A stretch of DNA of 63,791 nt, counting the filler, from Octopus bimaculoides (Eukaryota): the NCBI RefSeq assembly GCF_001194135.2. It is 5 parts of 4 records of this genome, joined end to end, with 100 filler letters (N's around TTAATTAATTAA, not from the genome) between each part and the next. Parts side by side here need not be neighbours in the genome. Positions count along the whole stretch, not along the records: positions 40,546 to 57,724 come from NC_068990.1; positions 57,825 to 62,374 come from NC_068995.1; positions 62,475 to 63,791 come from NC_068983.1; 2 more parts are not named here. One strand, 5' to 3'. Position numbers and translations under genes: made by a program. This document shows positions 51,207 to 63,791 of the stretch, in pieces; positions within the stretch are counted from its first letter, which is position 1, and each line of letters opens with the position of its first letter. A model generated the notes under the pieces. That model saw only the letters and a list, made by a program, of their open reading frames with translations, searched no databases and had not been told where the DNA came from.

Positions 51207-51610
51207 GTGTATAAATTTGTTTGTCCATTTAAAAATTTCTGATTAATAAAATATGTGGTGAGACGTGCGCGGAGATAGAAAAAAAAAAAAACGATTTCGT
51301 TATTTAAATTTGCCGGAGGAAGTGAAAAAAAAAAAAAAAGATAAAGATAAAATCAAAACGTGTTGAGGAGTAAGTTGTCACATTCTTGCCTCGAGCAGTG
51401 AGCCGTGTGGATGTGTATACATAAACACACATATATACACTTCTATCTATCTACTTAGTTTTCTGTGGATCTGTCCATATATCTTTATATATCTGTATCT
51501 ATTATATATATACATATATAAATAGAGACAGAAGTGGATATATATATTGATTAATAATCGGTGAAAGGATAACAAATTGTGGATATTTCATTGACTAAGA
51601 AATACAGACA

Positions 51611-51704
51611 ATGGCAGCGGAGACGAACGGTAATGGACACATCAACGGACAATTACCAACTTTTATGAAAAACAAATACGAACATATCTTTCATCTTCTT
51701 TACG
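51611..51704 (+). CDS. First coding exon of a probable calexcitin / sarcoplasmic calcium-binding (EF-hand) protein: MAAETNGNGHINGQLPTFMKNKYEHIFHLLY(D)
   Basis: ACAATGG start context, 31 codons plus 1 nt, perfect G|GTAAGT donor. LPTFMKNKYEHIFHLLY parallels the squid calexcitin N-terminus as I recall it (LSDFQRNKILRVFNTFYD). Confidence 0.75.
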
Positions 51705-52067
51705 GTAAGTAAAAGTTTCTTGTTTCGAGTTCTCGCTTTTATTTATTTATATTAATACTCGGTGTTAAAACGTGTCAACGCGTGGACCTGTTTGTATGGC
51801 TCGCTCGTTTGCTAGAAATAGCAGTAAGATATTCTTATCGTTCTCCGTCGATACAAAAGAAGAAAAAAAAAGCTGCGAGTGCGTTTGGGGACGGTACACA
51901 CGTAAGATAATGGGGTTGTAGATAACCCTTTCACAGTCGGGTTGGTCAAGAATGGAATGTTTTCAGTCGTAGATATGCTAACCTAGAGCGAAACAATAAC
52001 AACTCAATGTAAATCTTACTCCACTGCTATTTTGTATTTCATTTGTTCCCCCGATGTACCAGGACCC

Positions 52068-52325
52068 TTGCGGCCAGTACAAGAAATGGTGGGTTGGCAG
52101 AGTTTGTTGGAGCGTCGGACGGAATACTTCGCGGTATTTACTTTGTCTTTCTTTACGTTCTGCGTTCAAATCCTGACGAGTTCAACTCCATCTCCCCACC
52201 CTATTTTTTCCCCTCTCCGAAGCCGATAAAATAAATTGTCAGTCAAATACTAGTATCGATTTAATTTTGTAACCCCTTCCCTCAAACCTCAGACCTCAAA
52301 CTTCGTGCCCATGCTAGAAACATTA
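52068..52325 (+). mobile_element. SINE family B, diverged (intronic)
   Basis: GGGTTGGCAGAG...TTACGTTCTGCGTTCAAATCC...GTGCCCATGCTAGAAAC. Confidence 0.7.
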
Positions 52326-54649
52326 TTATTGTATTTGTGATGTCTTTGCGATAAATCAGTTTGTTACCGTCAATCAATATTATTTAAATCACGCTCAGAG
52401 GGAATTTACCTTTTGTTCTCGCTATTTTAAATAAAATCAAACATCAGTTCCACACTACGATTCGCTTAATTCGATTGTGTTTCTTTTCTCAGAATGTATG
52501 GGATTGTACATAGTCTTTATCATCCCACTTGGCTCATTTAGTCATCACTATTCCAGGGGTTTAAGCTAGGAATTCGGCAGCTTATTTTTCCCTTCATGGG
52601 GATCGGGGATAGAATAAACTAAAGGTTTCGAAGCAAAACTTTTCCTTATCCGTCCGAGTCCATTATTTTTACGAATAACCATGTAAAAATTTCGGGAAGA
52701 AGCTGTAACGATTGTATGTAATTTAAAAACATTTAAAGTCATTAAATACAGGACATAACACGTTTCGAAACAGAAAGAGGGAAAGAAAGAGAGACAAAGA
52801 GAAAGGTTCAGCCACTCACACTTAGTGGAGTGGTTGTTGTTTAACCCCAGGTCAACCGTAATCCCGTAAACCTATTACAGAAGTATTATTTGAATGAATG
52901 CCTCCTTTCTAGGCAAGTAGGCTGTGATTTGAGAGACAGATGTTTCGCTGCTGTTTCTAATAAGTCGTCGAGCCACTTTGTACATTCTTCCGCATTGGTT
53001 TAACAAAGTTTTATTTTAATATTTTCTGTTTACACTTGATGAGCTGACGGCAGACATTTCACGCTGACACCAAACCGTGTGTATGTCCACACGTACACAC
53101 ACATACACACGCAATAGACAGCTTGCATAGACAAATGACAGGCTGATACGCTATATAATGACTGAATATATATAGATGGCCCTATATAGGTCTGTACACT
53201 TCAGACTTGTTTCATATTTTTGGGGAATCCTTGAAATACACTCCATGCTGTATCAGGAAACCCCTTCATAAACATTATTATATACTTTTTTCTTTCTCTT
53301 TCATAATGTTAGATTTCGTAAGAGATTGAACAAATGAAAAAACTGTCTTTCAAAAGTTTGGCAGAGAACTTTAAACCAAAATCTCTATTAGAAGTAATGT
53401 TTTTTTTTTTCTTTACGTAGGGACGCCATCCTCTCTGCAGTTACTTAGGTTTCTTTTTAAAAAAAATTATTTAACAAAGATTTGAATAAAATTAGCTTAA
53501 TTTTTCATTATCTTTCGAAGAGTCCTAAGAGATATCATGCGGAACCGCAGGTTTCCGATCGGGTAACATTGATATAGACCAGTGATAGGTCAACTGCCGG
53601 TTCGCTCGACTATGACCGACCCGCCTAATTTCACGAGGAAAATAACGTTTATTAAAATTTGAACTGAATATTTTTTGTATGTGGATCGCCTGATGATGAA
53701 CCGTATCTCATGCGGCCAGCTTCTCGAAAAAGGTTGTTCATACCTGTTGTAGGTAGATAGACAACTATATAGACAAACCCCTAAACTATATATACTCTGG
53801 TGGACAAACGTATAATGTATACTATAACGAGTTCAACAAATGTATATTTAACGATGCATAGATGTGAAGAAAGCGATCCCGTAAAGGCACACGACGGAAC
53901 CTTTACATAATCGTCCGATCTGCTTGAAATAGCAGTCAAAACTCACTCACCTCGTACCCTAGACTAAGATGAGGAAAGGGCGCATCAGATAATGTAATAA
54001 TAGCTCCAGAAAGATGAAATGATCGCAGCTAGTTGTGTGTGAACCATGAGCCAACTGCAACAATAACAAATATTTAATCGGATGGAGTTTTAAGTATGAA
54101 TAGTTGTATGTATGGGTGTATGTTTGTGTATATCTACTTGTACGTATATATGTTTATACGCATTTGACAGCATCTACACTCGCGAAGTGATTGTGCACCG
54201 GGAGAACTTTGTGGGTCCCACAAATTAGGAGAATATGTGACTGCAGGTGAAACGAAATTTACGGCGACAATTTGGAACATTGGAATAATTTATTTGTGTC
54301 ACATTTACAGGAATTCGTACGGAGGAATTCTGTCCTTTCCCCAAAAAAGACTTTCGTTCACGTTTTGGTAGCTATAGCCCAGGTCTATGTTGTTTAACAG
54401 TTGACTTATTTATACCCCGCTGTTATGTCCCCTTTCATTTTTATTTACTTTTTTCAACACCCTAAACTGAAAGGTTACCTATATATATAATAATACGCAC
54501 ATACATTTTTCTAAAAAGATTAAAAGATTACTATAATTGTTTTAATGAGCACTTCCATCCCTTGTGTGTGTGTGGGGGTGTGTGTATGTACACGTGTGTG
54601 TGTGTGTATAATTATTTTATTCTTGTACCTTTTCTTTGTTTTACATTTT

Positions 54650-54775
54650 TGGGGGCGACTGTAGCTAAATCGACCCCAGCACCTTTTAAAAAGTTTGGTA
54701 ATTATTCTATCGGTTTGTTCTACAAAACCCCTTAGTTACGGGGACGCAAATAAACTAACATCGGTTGTCAAGCGG
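54650..54775 (-). mobile_element. SINE family D, 3' fragment
   Basis: TCGACCCCAG...GTTACGGGGACGCAAATAAACTAACATCGGTTGTCAAGCG. Confidence 0.78.
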
Positions 54776-54802
54776 TGTGCGTCTACCAGATTTACTCGTA
54801 AT

Positions 54803-54959
54803 CAAGGGCGGATTGAGCCGTCGGTCAGTCGGGCACTGCCCGAGGGCCCGGAGCTCCGAGGGGCCCGCACTCTACATGTTATTTCTACGAAAACACACAT
54901 TCAAAGGGGCCTGGTAAACAGTTATGCCCGAGGGCCTTAATACTCTCAGTCCGCCTCTG
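54803..54959. mobile_element. Short hAT-like MITE
   Basis: Imperfect TIRs CAAGGGCGGATTGAG / CTCAGTCCGCCTCTG; degenerate 8-bp TSD CTCGTAAT / CTCACAAT; GGGCCC-rich subtermini. Confidence 0.7.
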
Positions 54960-55168
54960 CTCACAATGTGTTATTCGGCCCAGGGCGAAAGTAGAATAAA
55001 ACAAAAACCCACTTCCAACAAGGTGCTGCGCAGTGGGACAGACCCTGAAGCCACGAAGTTGCGAAGTTAGTTTCTTATCAGCATTGCCATGACGCGCGCG
55101 CGCGCAACACATACACACACACACGCACACATACATCACACACGCACACATACACACCCACATATACG

Positions 55169-55234
<66 letters not shown>

Positions 55235-55552
55235 CACACACACCAGTTTTCTTTCGTGATATGAAAACACATTTTTACTGTTGTCCGAACTAGTTGTTTA
55301 CGCGACTAATGAATAATGAATGACTGATTGAATGAACAACTAAATGAATAAATACATAAATAAATAAATATTATATAAAGTATTTGATTGATTATGCGCC
55401 TTACTTTAAGTCTCTTACAACTATTTACTTTCAGCGTCCTTTCACAATATCCGGATATTTTACATTTTACTATAAGCCCTGACATCGATCTTATCGATTA
55501 TCCCTACTTTGCTCTGTCAGAACTAATTTATTTAATTGATATATGGGCTGAT

Positions 55553-55889
55553 AGTGGAGGCGCAATGGCCCAGTGGTTAGGGCAGCGGACATAGGATCGC
55601 GGTTTCGATTCCTAGACCGGGCGTTGTGAGTGTTTATGGAGTGAAAACATCTAGAGCTCCACGAGGCTCCGGCAGGGGATGGTGGCGAACCCTGCTGTAC
55701 TCTTTCACCACAACTTTCTCTCACTCTTTCTTCCTGTTTCTGTTGTGCCTGTAATTCAAAGGGTCAGCCTTGTCACGCTTAATATCCCAGAGAACTACGT
55801 TAAGGATACACGTGTCTGTGGAGAGCTCAGCTGTTCCGTTGATCAGATCAACTGGAACCCTCAAAGTCGTAAGCGACGGAGTGCCAACA
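55553..55889 (+). mobile_element. SINE family A with 12-bp TSD
   Basis: ATATGGGCTGAT at 55541-55552 and 55890-55901. Confidence 0.94.
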
Positions 55890-56829
55890 ATATGGGCTGA
55901 TGGAATGGTTAAAACCTGGGGCACAGTAGATTAAATGTCTTGCTGTATTCAGTCATGAATCTACATACTCTGAGTTCAAAACTTACCGATGGTGGATTTG
56001 CGTTTCATTTGTAATGGCGTCGATAAAAGGAGGGTTATGACTGAGCTGAGGACATTACCTTTACTTTTGTCAGTCAGCAGTTTCACAAAAGTAAAAACGA
56101 TGCTCTCAATGGGCGCTCTGAACTCAAATTGTATCCAGCATCAACTTTACTTTTCGTCCTTTCGGTGGCGGAATTTTAGAATAGCTCTCAAAGTCTCATA
56201 CCTGATAGGAGAGGAAAAGGGTAGTCTTTTGTTTTGTTTTTTCTTTTGTCCTTCAAATTTCAAATATTTTGCATTGTAGCCCTAACTTTCCTTCTCTATG
56301 AAATGTAGAAATTCAAGGGATAATTCAAGGGTAGTCTTTCGGTAAAAGTCTATGACGCCATTAGTTAGTGTGCGACATTGTTTCATCTGCTCGACAAAGC
56401 TAAGCAAACACACTCGTATGTGACGTCATATATTAATATCGAAATATTGCCGGGGTAGCTATTCCAAAATTCCGCACCTTCGGGTCCGTTAAGTACCTAT
56501 GAAGTTGTGAATTTGGGTCCTCTGTCTGCCTCTGTCTGTCCGTCTGTTTGTCTCTCCTTTCTTTCTCTCTTTCTGCTTCCCTCCTTCTCTCACACTTGCT
56601 GCCCTGTGAAAAGGGTCATGTGACAGAGTACATTTTCTGCAGACATGAAAAAAAATAGTGAGTGAGGAGCTGCTAGCAACCCTTTCTCAAAGAGGAAGGA
56701 AAATAAACCCAGTCGCAGAAACCGTCCGAGGTCTTGCGACATAACATGGAACAGAAATAAACCAACCCACCATTTCTATCACGATCTGTTAGAAATCAAT
56801 GTTATTAAGGACTTCTAAGATTTTAAATT

Positions 56830-57178
56830 TACTTTTTAGTCGACGAAATCCACCCCAGGACTTATTCTTTTGTAAACTTAGTATTCATTCTATCGATCTC
56901 TTTTGCCGAACCGTGAAGTTACAGAGACGTAAACACACCGACATCAGTTGTCAAGCGATGGTGGTAGGACAAGCACACACATATATATTGCTTACATACA
57001 TATATATATACAACGGGCTTCTTTCAGTTTCTATCTACCAAATCCATTCACCACAAGGCTTTAGTCGGCTCGAGGCTATAGTAGAAAACACTTGCCCAAG
57101 GTGCCACGCTTTGGGACTGAACCCGGAGCCACGTGGTTGGGAAGCAAGCTTCTTACCACACAGCCATGCTTGCTCCTA
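56830..57178 (-). mobile_element. SINE family D, full length
   Basis: All family D blocks present. Confidence 0.9.
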
Positions 57179-57513
57179 TTCATGTCAATATCTTTTCAAT
57201 TGTCACGAAAGCAACCTCACGCAAATGGAAAAAAGTCTCACCCAGTTCCGGCAATCACTGCTCTCATTTTACCTGTTTTATTTGTATTGTAATTAAAATA
57301 AGCTTCAACAACAAGTAGAAGGGCTGGAACATTCTGTATTCAAGTGCTATTATGTACAGGATTATTTTGTTTACGTAATAAACCTGAAATATGAAGAGGA
57401 CGTTGTTAGTGAAACGTGTCAACTGTCACTGCCATGCCGTATTATAGATGATGTTTAATAACTCAACGACACTATCCATTTGAAAAACAAAAAACAGTCG
57501 GTGTTGTATTTAA

Positions 57514-57724
57514 TATCGGGTGTTCAGAAAGTCTCTTCGCAGTAAGTATCTAATGGCTTTTAGGCGATTTTTGTATACTGATCCTTTACTTAATCCTCAG
57601 AAAGAAAAAAAAGAAAAAGTCTGGCGGTGTTAAATCATGTGATCTTCTTGGTGGCCAAAGTCCTTTCGAAATAATCTGTTCACCAAAAAACTTTTGAAGT
57701 AGCTCCATGGTGATGCGCAGGATG
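57514..57724 (-). mobile_element. Tc1/mariner-superfamily relic with one TIR
   Basis: Minus strand WPPRRSHDLTPPDFF resembles WPPRSPDLTPLDFF; terminus ATCGGGTGTTCAGAAAGTC. Confidence 0.65.
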
Positions 57725-57874
57725 NNNNNNNNNNNNNNNNNNNNNNNNNNNNNNNNNNNNNNNNNNNNTTAATTAATTAANNNNNNNNNNNNNNNNNNNN
57801 NNNNNNNNNNNNNNNNNNNNNNNNATAGATACATATAAAACCTAATTGTGCAACAGGAGGAAAATATTCAACTG

Positions 57875-57984
<110 letters not shown>

Positions 57985-59331
57985 TATAGTATCTTTATGC
58001 TTAAGACTGTATATATGCTTAATAATGGTTGTTAATTCTGTGCTATTGATTACTGCTGATGTTCCCTAATTTGGACTCGGTGTCTTCACTGTGTTAGTCT
58101 TTTGCAGGCAAGATGGTGTCTCTAAGTAATGTTTTATGCAAACGATATTTGCCCACTGTCGGTTGTCTCACACTGGGGACGGATAACATCCAGAGACGTA
58201 GGTCTGTGAGTATCACGTAAATCTAGAGATGGGAACGATGACCTCCCTTGCAAATACTATACGGACACAGACTGTGTGCCGATAGCCAGTAGGAAAAGAT
58301 GTTTTGCTGGGGCTAAAACAGCAGTAACATCGGACTTTATAGGACTGTCACATTCTGTTGGCATATAAACATTACTAAACATTACTAAACTTTATTACGT
58401 TCTACAGAATAAAACTCTATGTCTAAATTTAGCGTCATCAGTATCATCATCATCAACAGCAGCATAGCCTTTAAGAGTTTAATGTTATCAAGCTTAAGCT
58501 TGTAGGAAAAGGAGTCCGAGACTGATGTCTTATTTTCAAGAAATTTATAAAAGACTGATAAAGGAGTAGCCGTAAAACTGAACTGGTTGAAAAACGAAAA
58601 GGAAACTATTCAGGAAGAGAAGTACTGGCAGCAGTCAACAATGAGATGGTAGAATTATTATATAATCTTGTTGTCATTGTTGGCGGTGGCGGTGAATAGA
58701 AAGGTAAGGCAAAAACAAAGCAAAAAATGCAACAACCGGATGAAGGCGGTTTTGATAAAGGCGGACAATGATGAAGGGAGATATGTTGATGACGATACTA
58801 ATGACTATGATTTTCTTAACCAAACACGAAATCTGTCAGGAATTTGACCGTCTCTTCTCGCACTCCTCTCTCTCCCTCTCTCTCTCTCTCCACCATTATC
58901 TGTCGTCTGACACAGATTGGTAAACTTTGATAAAAATTTTGAAAAGCAGTAACAAAAAGCAATAAATATATAAAATAAAATTTTCAAACAAAATCACAAA
59001 ATTAAAATAACAAGAGACTAACAACAAATACAAATAACACACTACATTCATAACAACGTGTGTGTGAGTGTATATTAATATATATATATATATACATACA
59101 TAGGTATTTATATATACATACATACATACACATATATATATTTCCTTATATATATATACATACATATACACATACGTATACATATATATAATTAAATATA
59201 TATATATGTATATACATATTTATACATATACATATATATATATATATATNNNNNNNNNNNNNNNNNNNNNNNNNNNNNNNNNNNNNNNNNNNNNNNNNNN
59301 NNNNNNNNNNNNNNNNNNNNNNNNNNNNNNN

Positions 59332-59394
<63 letters not shown>

Positions 59395-60049
59395 ATTTAT
59401 ATATTTCACTATATGTATGCATGTATGTGTGGGAATGTATTATGTATGTGCGACAAAGAAAATAACTAGTGGCCATTAATAGTTAAAATGGTAATTTTTA
59501 TTTATAGATTTTCATTGAACCGTCAATAGTTTATATAATATTAATAATAATAGTGTCTTCTTGCCGCCACCACTCTCCACCCCCCACGTCCACCGCCAGC
59601 CTTATTTGTATGAAGCCAATTTGATATCGAGCCAAAACAAGAGTCTTTGTGATCTTTTAAACAACACAAAATACAATAACAAGGATAGCGATACATTGTT
59701 TAGTTATAATGACTTCGATTTTAGAATGTCGGGTAGGTAAGGGGTATAATATGGGTAAGAAAAAACTTTAAGGTCACCCAGGAGAAGTACTTAAGACTGT
59801 AATTTTAGGATGGTGTCAAACCAGCTCGGATGTGACCTGTCGTGCTCTTTATAAACAATTAAACATGATTGGCATAAAAATAAACTAAGATTATTATTAG
59901 AAGTTATATGAAATTGAGTGACGGGTGCCATACAAAGTTATTAGCAATGAGACTTATAAAGAACAGACAATCGGGGATCGAATATTAGTCGGTGACGAGA
60001 TAATTAGGGGATCTGTATTCGTCCGCTTGACCCGCTGTAAATAACAATG

Positions 60050-61345
60050 AGCACTCCATCAGGTCACTTCATCCCTGTAACTACACACGTTTTCCTTGGC
60101 CTATTTTTTTTTATTTCTCTCCGGACCTCACCTCTTTCTGACGAAGAACCACTTCGGAACATTACACACACTCTCTTTTTCCATCTGAAATACAGTGACA
60201 GAATTGCTGGGACTTGTGTAATTTTCATTGCTAAGAACCCCCACCAATTTGTTGATCGTCTCTTTAGATATCCTTATCACTGGTTACGATATATTTCCTT
60301 ATTTTCTTTGAATGAGCCCGCTCCCTTTTCATGTGGGCCTAAATGTTATTTACTCTGATCTTACTAGCGTCTTGGATGTCATTCGAGTTTCGAGTGGTCT
60401 CTTCCGATTTTTTGGCTACCACTCGACAATAGGGCGCCACCACATGTCTGTGAGTCTTGCACTGAGTTCACTTCTGTGTAATTCGTGTTTTGGGCATTCT
60501 GCTGTAACATCGTTCACTCCACTCTATTTCCGAATTATCTTGTTTCGGCAAAGTTCCCTCGTTTCTAACATGGATCTTTCCGTGACCCTTTGTTTTACAG
60601 CCAGTCGTTGTCCTTCCATCTTCGTTGTAGCCCATGCCTCCGCGTACATGCAAGACCGCAGGTAGGAAGATGGTATTGAAGAGACTGGCACGTTGCATCA
60701 TGTCCATTTGTAATTTGAGCACATCTTGGATCGAGGTAAAATTTTTCTCCTCTGCTCTTACTCTCCGCGAGATCTTGGAGTCTGTGTCGCTGCATATATT
60801 CATTGTCTGTCTCAAGTAGACATACTCTTTCACCTTCCCAATGTCATAATTTCCCACCACTATTCGGCCTCGAACAACATTTTCAGACCACGTTTGTTTC
60901 TTCATATGTTATATTATGAGGCGTACAACTGGAAGCTAGGTGTCCAGTTCCGTTAACTGGTCTGCAGCTAATCCGAGACTTCTGCGAGAAACACGATGTC
61001 GTCCGCGAATCGGTGGTCTGTTGGCAGCTCACCACTGATGGTGAAGACACATTTGCCGTCAATGTCTCTGACGACTATTTTGAGACACAGAATAAAACGC
61101 TTTGGATATACACTATCTCATTGTTTGATTCACTTTCTCATTGCAACTCTCATGGATTGTTACAGCAGAACTATATCATTGTGGTGCATCGCATGTTCGC
61201 CTCCCTGTGAAATTTCAAGTATAAAGAACAGTGCACCAAATTCTTGCATCTTCAGTCTCTACACCACTGCATTCAGCTGGATACTTTCAAAAGGTTTTTC
61301 ATAATCTATGAAAGCAAAGCAAAGAGGCAACTTTCAGTCGGTGTC
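60050..61345 (-). mobile_element. 5'-truncated, decayed RTE-clade LINE
   Basis: PLCFAFIDYEKPF, HRFADDIVFLAE, KVKEYVYLRQ, ISRRVRA and RASLFNTIFLPAVL follow RTE RT motifs in order. Confidence 0.88.
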
Positions 61346-62474
61346 GTGGTAGTGTTAGAGTGAATATGCAACCAATCGTGGTGGAAGTTTTTCCGGAAGA
61401 CACCTCCCCACACACACTGGGTCAAGAGTAAGAGTAACAAGCAAGTGAATGGAGTATAAACAATGCTACAAAGTCATTCTCGATTCCAAGTCACAGCCGT
61501 CATAAGCATGCACACACATACACACACACACACACACACATGTATGAATGTGCTTATATACACACACAAACATTTATACAAAAACGTATGAGGCAAATAT
61601 CTAAATCATTTCAAACGTGCGTTTGCTGAAGCTTGCAAGAAACAAACCAAACGATTATGTAAGTAATCTACACATACTTTCTGGCTCACAAAGCTGCCTA
61701 CATAACTAGTCGGATAGACACATGATACACACAAAATACACACGTAATACACACATCTCATATTGATTTTCTTCACGGCACAAGTAAGAATAAAAATCAG
61801 ACTAAAAGATATATGTGTGTATATATACATATATATAATATATATTATATATTATGTATGTATGTATATTTTATAGCTCCTTCTTGTGGTTTTTTCATCG
61901 ACTTGTGGCTACTTGATTTCATATGCATGATTAAAATCGTTAAACAACTGACCATAAAATGGAAGACGTTGAGTTTCGTTTTTATATCCGAGAGGGAGTT
62001 GGGTGGGATCGGTAGGTTTATAACAGAGACTTATATTTGTTTAATATCAGATATGTTTTTATATATATTTCTTGTTAACTGCTGCTGTTCTGTAGAGGGT
62101 AGGCTTTTCTTTTTTAGAGGGTGGCGGATATTTTTCATTTTTATTGAACATTTTGTTTTAAGATATTGATTTTAATAAAATGACAAATAAATATAAATAA
62201 CATATAAATAAGATATAACACTAATAGAAAGAGAGAGAGATAAACACAAGAAAAGATTTTAAAGATTATAGAGCTAACTGTAAAAGGAATATATGTGTGT
62301 ACTAAGACATACATATGTATTACAATACATGAATGTGTGGCGGTCTGTGTGTATTTGTATATATATATATATATNNNNNNNNNNNNNNNNNNNNNNNNNN
62401 NNNNNNNNNNNNNNNNNNTTAATTAATTAANNNNNNNNNNNNNNNNNNNNNNNNNNNNNNNNNNNNNNNNNNNN

Positions 62475-63581
62475 TCAAAGCGTGAAGACTACTCGTAAAC
62501 TTGTGTTTTGCTCATGGCAGAGTTCTTCTAAGCTATTTGAAGCATGTCAACTGTTTCGGCTACCGTTTTCCCCGGTAAAAAAACAAAAAGATTCCACGGA
62601 AGCACGCTGTTCCTTCGTTTCAGCCTTCGCAAAAATCGACGAAGAGGAGAGAAGCACTGGAAAACAAGACGCACGACGTGGTAGTGTAACCCCACTGGAC
62701 ATCGCCGGTCGACAGAATGATACCTGAGGTTCGCATCAAGTCTCTGGTAGCGACGGAAGCCTGAACTACAACGGGCGTGTCCCATAGGGAACGTTTCCGG
62801 TTACTTTTGAGTACCCCCTCGAATGCTCTATACTAATTTCTGACATGATAAATACCGTAAATCTGGGCTTCGTACATTGGAAACCTGTAATCAAGGAATA
62901 TCCTATTCGAGCCAAAATATCTTTTTCTATGCACACACAAGGAGACAGTGGTACATACATACATATACACACATGCACACACATACATAAAAANNNNNNN
63001 NNNTGGTATAATTTACTTTTGTTGAGTAGACTTCCTTCGGTTTTACAATTTCTTCGACCGGCATTTCGTCTGTATATGCCCAATTTTACCACACTTAATA
63101 TATTTTTTATTTTTAGAGGGGCAATCTTTCCTCAGTTTTGAATTTATATATTTTCTTCCATCTATACTTTCTTTACACATTTGTACATTCTTATTATTGT
63201 CTTCTATTTTTCTTGTATCGTCTCGAAGGTTTATTATTTGTTGGCATTCCTCAGCCAATTTCTGCAAGGTTAGTTGCACATCTTGATTCAACGTTGATAA
63301 TATTCTTTTTCTAAGTTCCGCGTCTTCCGTTGCCACTAGCCCTTGCATTCCTCACGGAATATGTCTGTAACATGCAGTAAAAGTAGTTCCTTCATCCGGT
63401 TTGCAGTGAAATTCTTCGACGGGATTAGCAACACCGCCCGCTGAAAATGATTCTGTCGTATTTCTCGACTGCAGTAACAATTCTTTTAACTTCTGTAGTT
63501 ACTGCTGTTACTACTCTTGTTGTTTGACAACTGCTTTCAGTAACTCTTCCATTTCTGTACTATTGGAAACCTCGTCGCCAC
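62475..63581 (-). mobile_element. Gypsy-type LTR retrotransposon internal relic (gag with zinc knuckle; integrase-like remnant)
   Basis: ATG at 63552; EEFHCKPDEGTTF; DAELRKRILSTL; CP.K...KCGKIGHIQTKCRSK; DILARIG...IEHSR. Confidence 0.8.
63571..63581 (-). promoter_or_regulatory. Primer-binding site of the Gypsy element
   Basis: GTGGCGACGAG immediately after the LTR end ...GATATAACA. Confidence 0.8.
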
Positions 63582-63705
63582 TGTTATATCGCACGTTCGG
63601 ATGGCGTACCTTCGCCAATGACGTACCTCTACTCAACAACCGAACTCTCACTTCCGACGACTCGACTCTACAGAATTCGACGGCTCCGGCTCGCTCTCTC
63701 GACGC
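63582..63705 (-). mobile_element. Partial 5' LTR, truncated by a SINE B tail at about 63705-63745
   Basis: Ends in TAACA before the PBS; AATAAA near its outer end. Confidence 0.7.
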
Positions 63706-63791
63706 TTCTTTTCTTTATTATAGGCATAAGGCCTGAAAATAGAGGGGACACCACAAGGACAGACAACAGAAAACTTGGGGTACATAAAACA

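Noticed and set aside
53688-53732. CTGATGA...GAAA spacing
   Set aside because: No helix I or II pairing and no UH triplet.
58105-58210. Open phase-1 frame after TTTTGCAG as possible exon 2 of the calexcitin-like gene
   Set aside because: Gives GKMVSLSNVLCKR..., with no EF-hand loop.

Overview
Eukaryotic, AT-rich, repeat-saturated scaffold segment with many N gaps. The tRNA-derived SINE families, simple repeats and a calexcitin-like exon point to an octopus (coleoid cephalopod) genome; this is inference. Almost every long ORF in the supplied track is a microsatellite or gap artefact. Only one host coding exon is well supported: a first coding exon at 51611-51704 (+) of a probable calexcitin/sarcoplasmic Ca-binding (EF-hand) gene, whose later exons I could not find. 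The rest is several tRNA-headed SINE families (my labels A, B, C, D, V), decayed LINEs (R4/Dong-like, RTE, CR1-like), DNA transposon relics (Tc1/mariner, Helitron, possibly piggyBac, two MITEs) and a Gypsy LTR relic. The most interesting signal is a set of minimal hammerhead ribozyme (HHR) motifs in three unrelated non-autonomous repeats: a fold-back element with two outward-facing HHRs (5046-5540), a tRNA-headed SINE with an internal (AAT)n tract and an HHR tail (22.0-22.6 kb, 43.5-43.8 kb), and a family with a variant CUGUUGA core (25.2 kb, 42.0 kb). There is also a TSD-flanked chimeric SINE dimer that carries flank from a locus 19.6 kb away. No rRNA, bona fide tRNA gene or CRISPR array was seen. 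Family names come from motif recall, not database searches, and most repeat boundaries are approximate.
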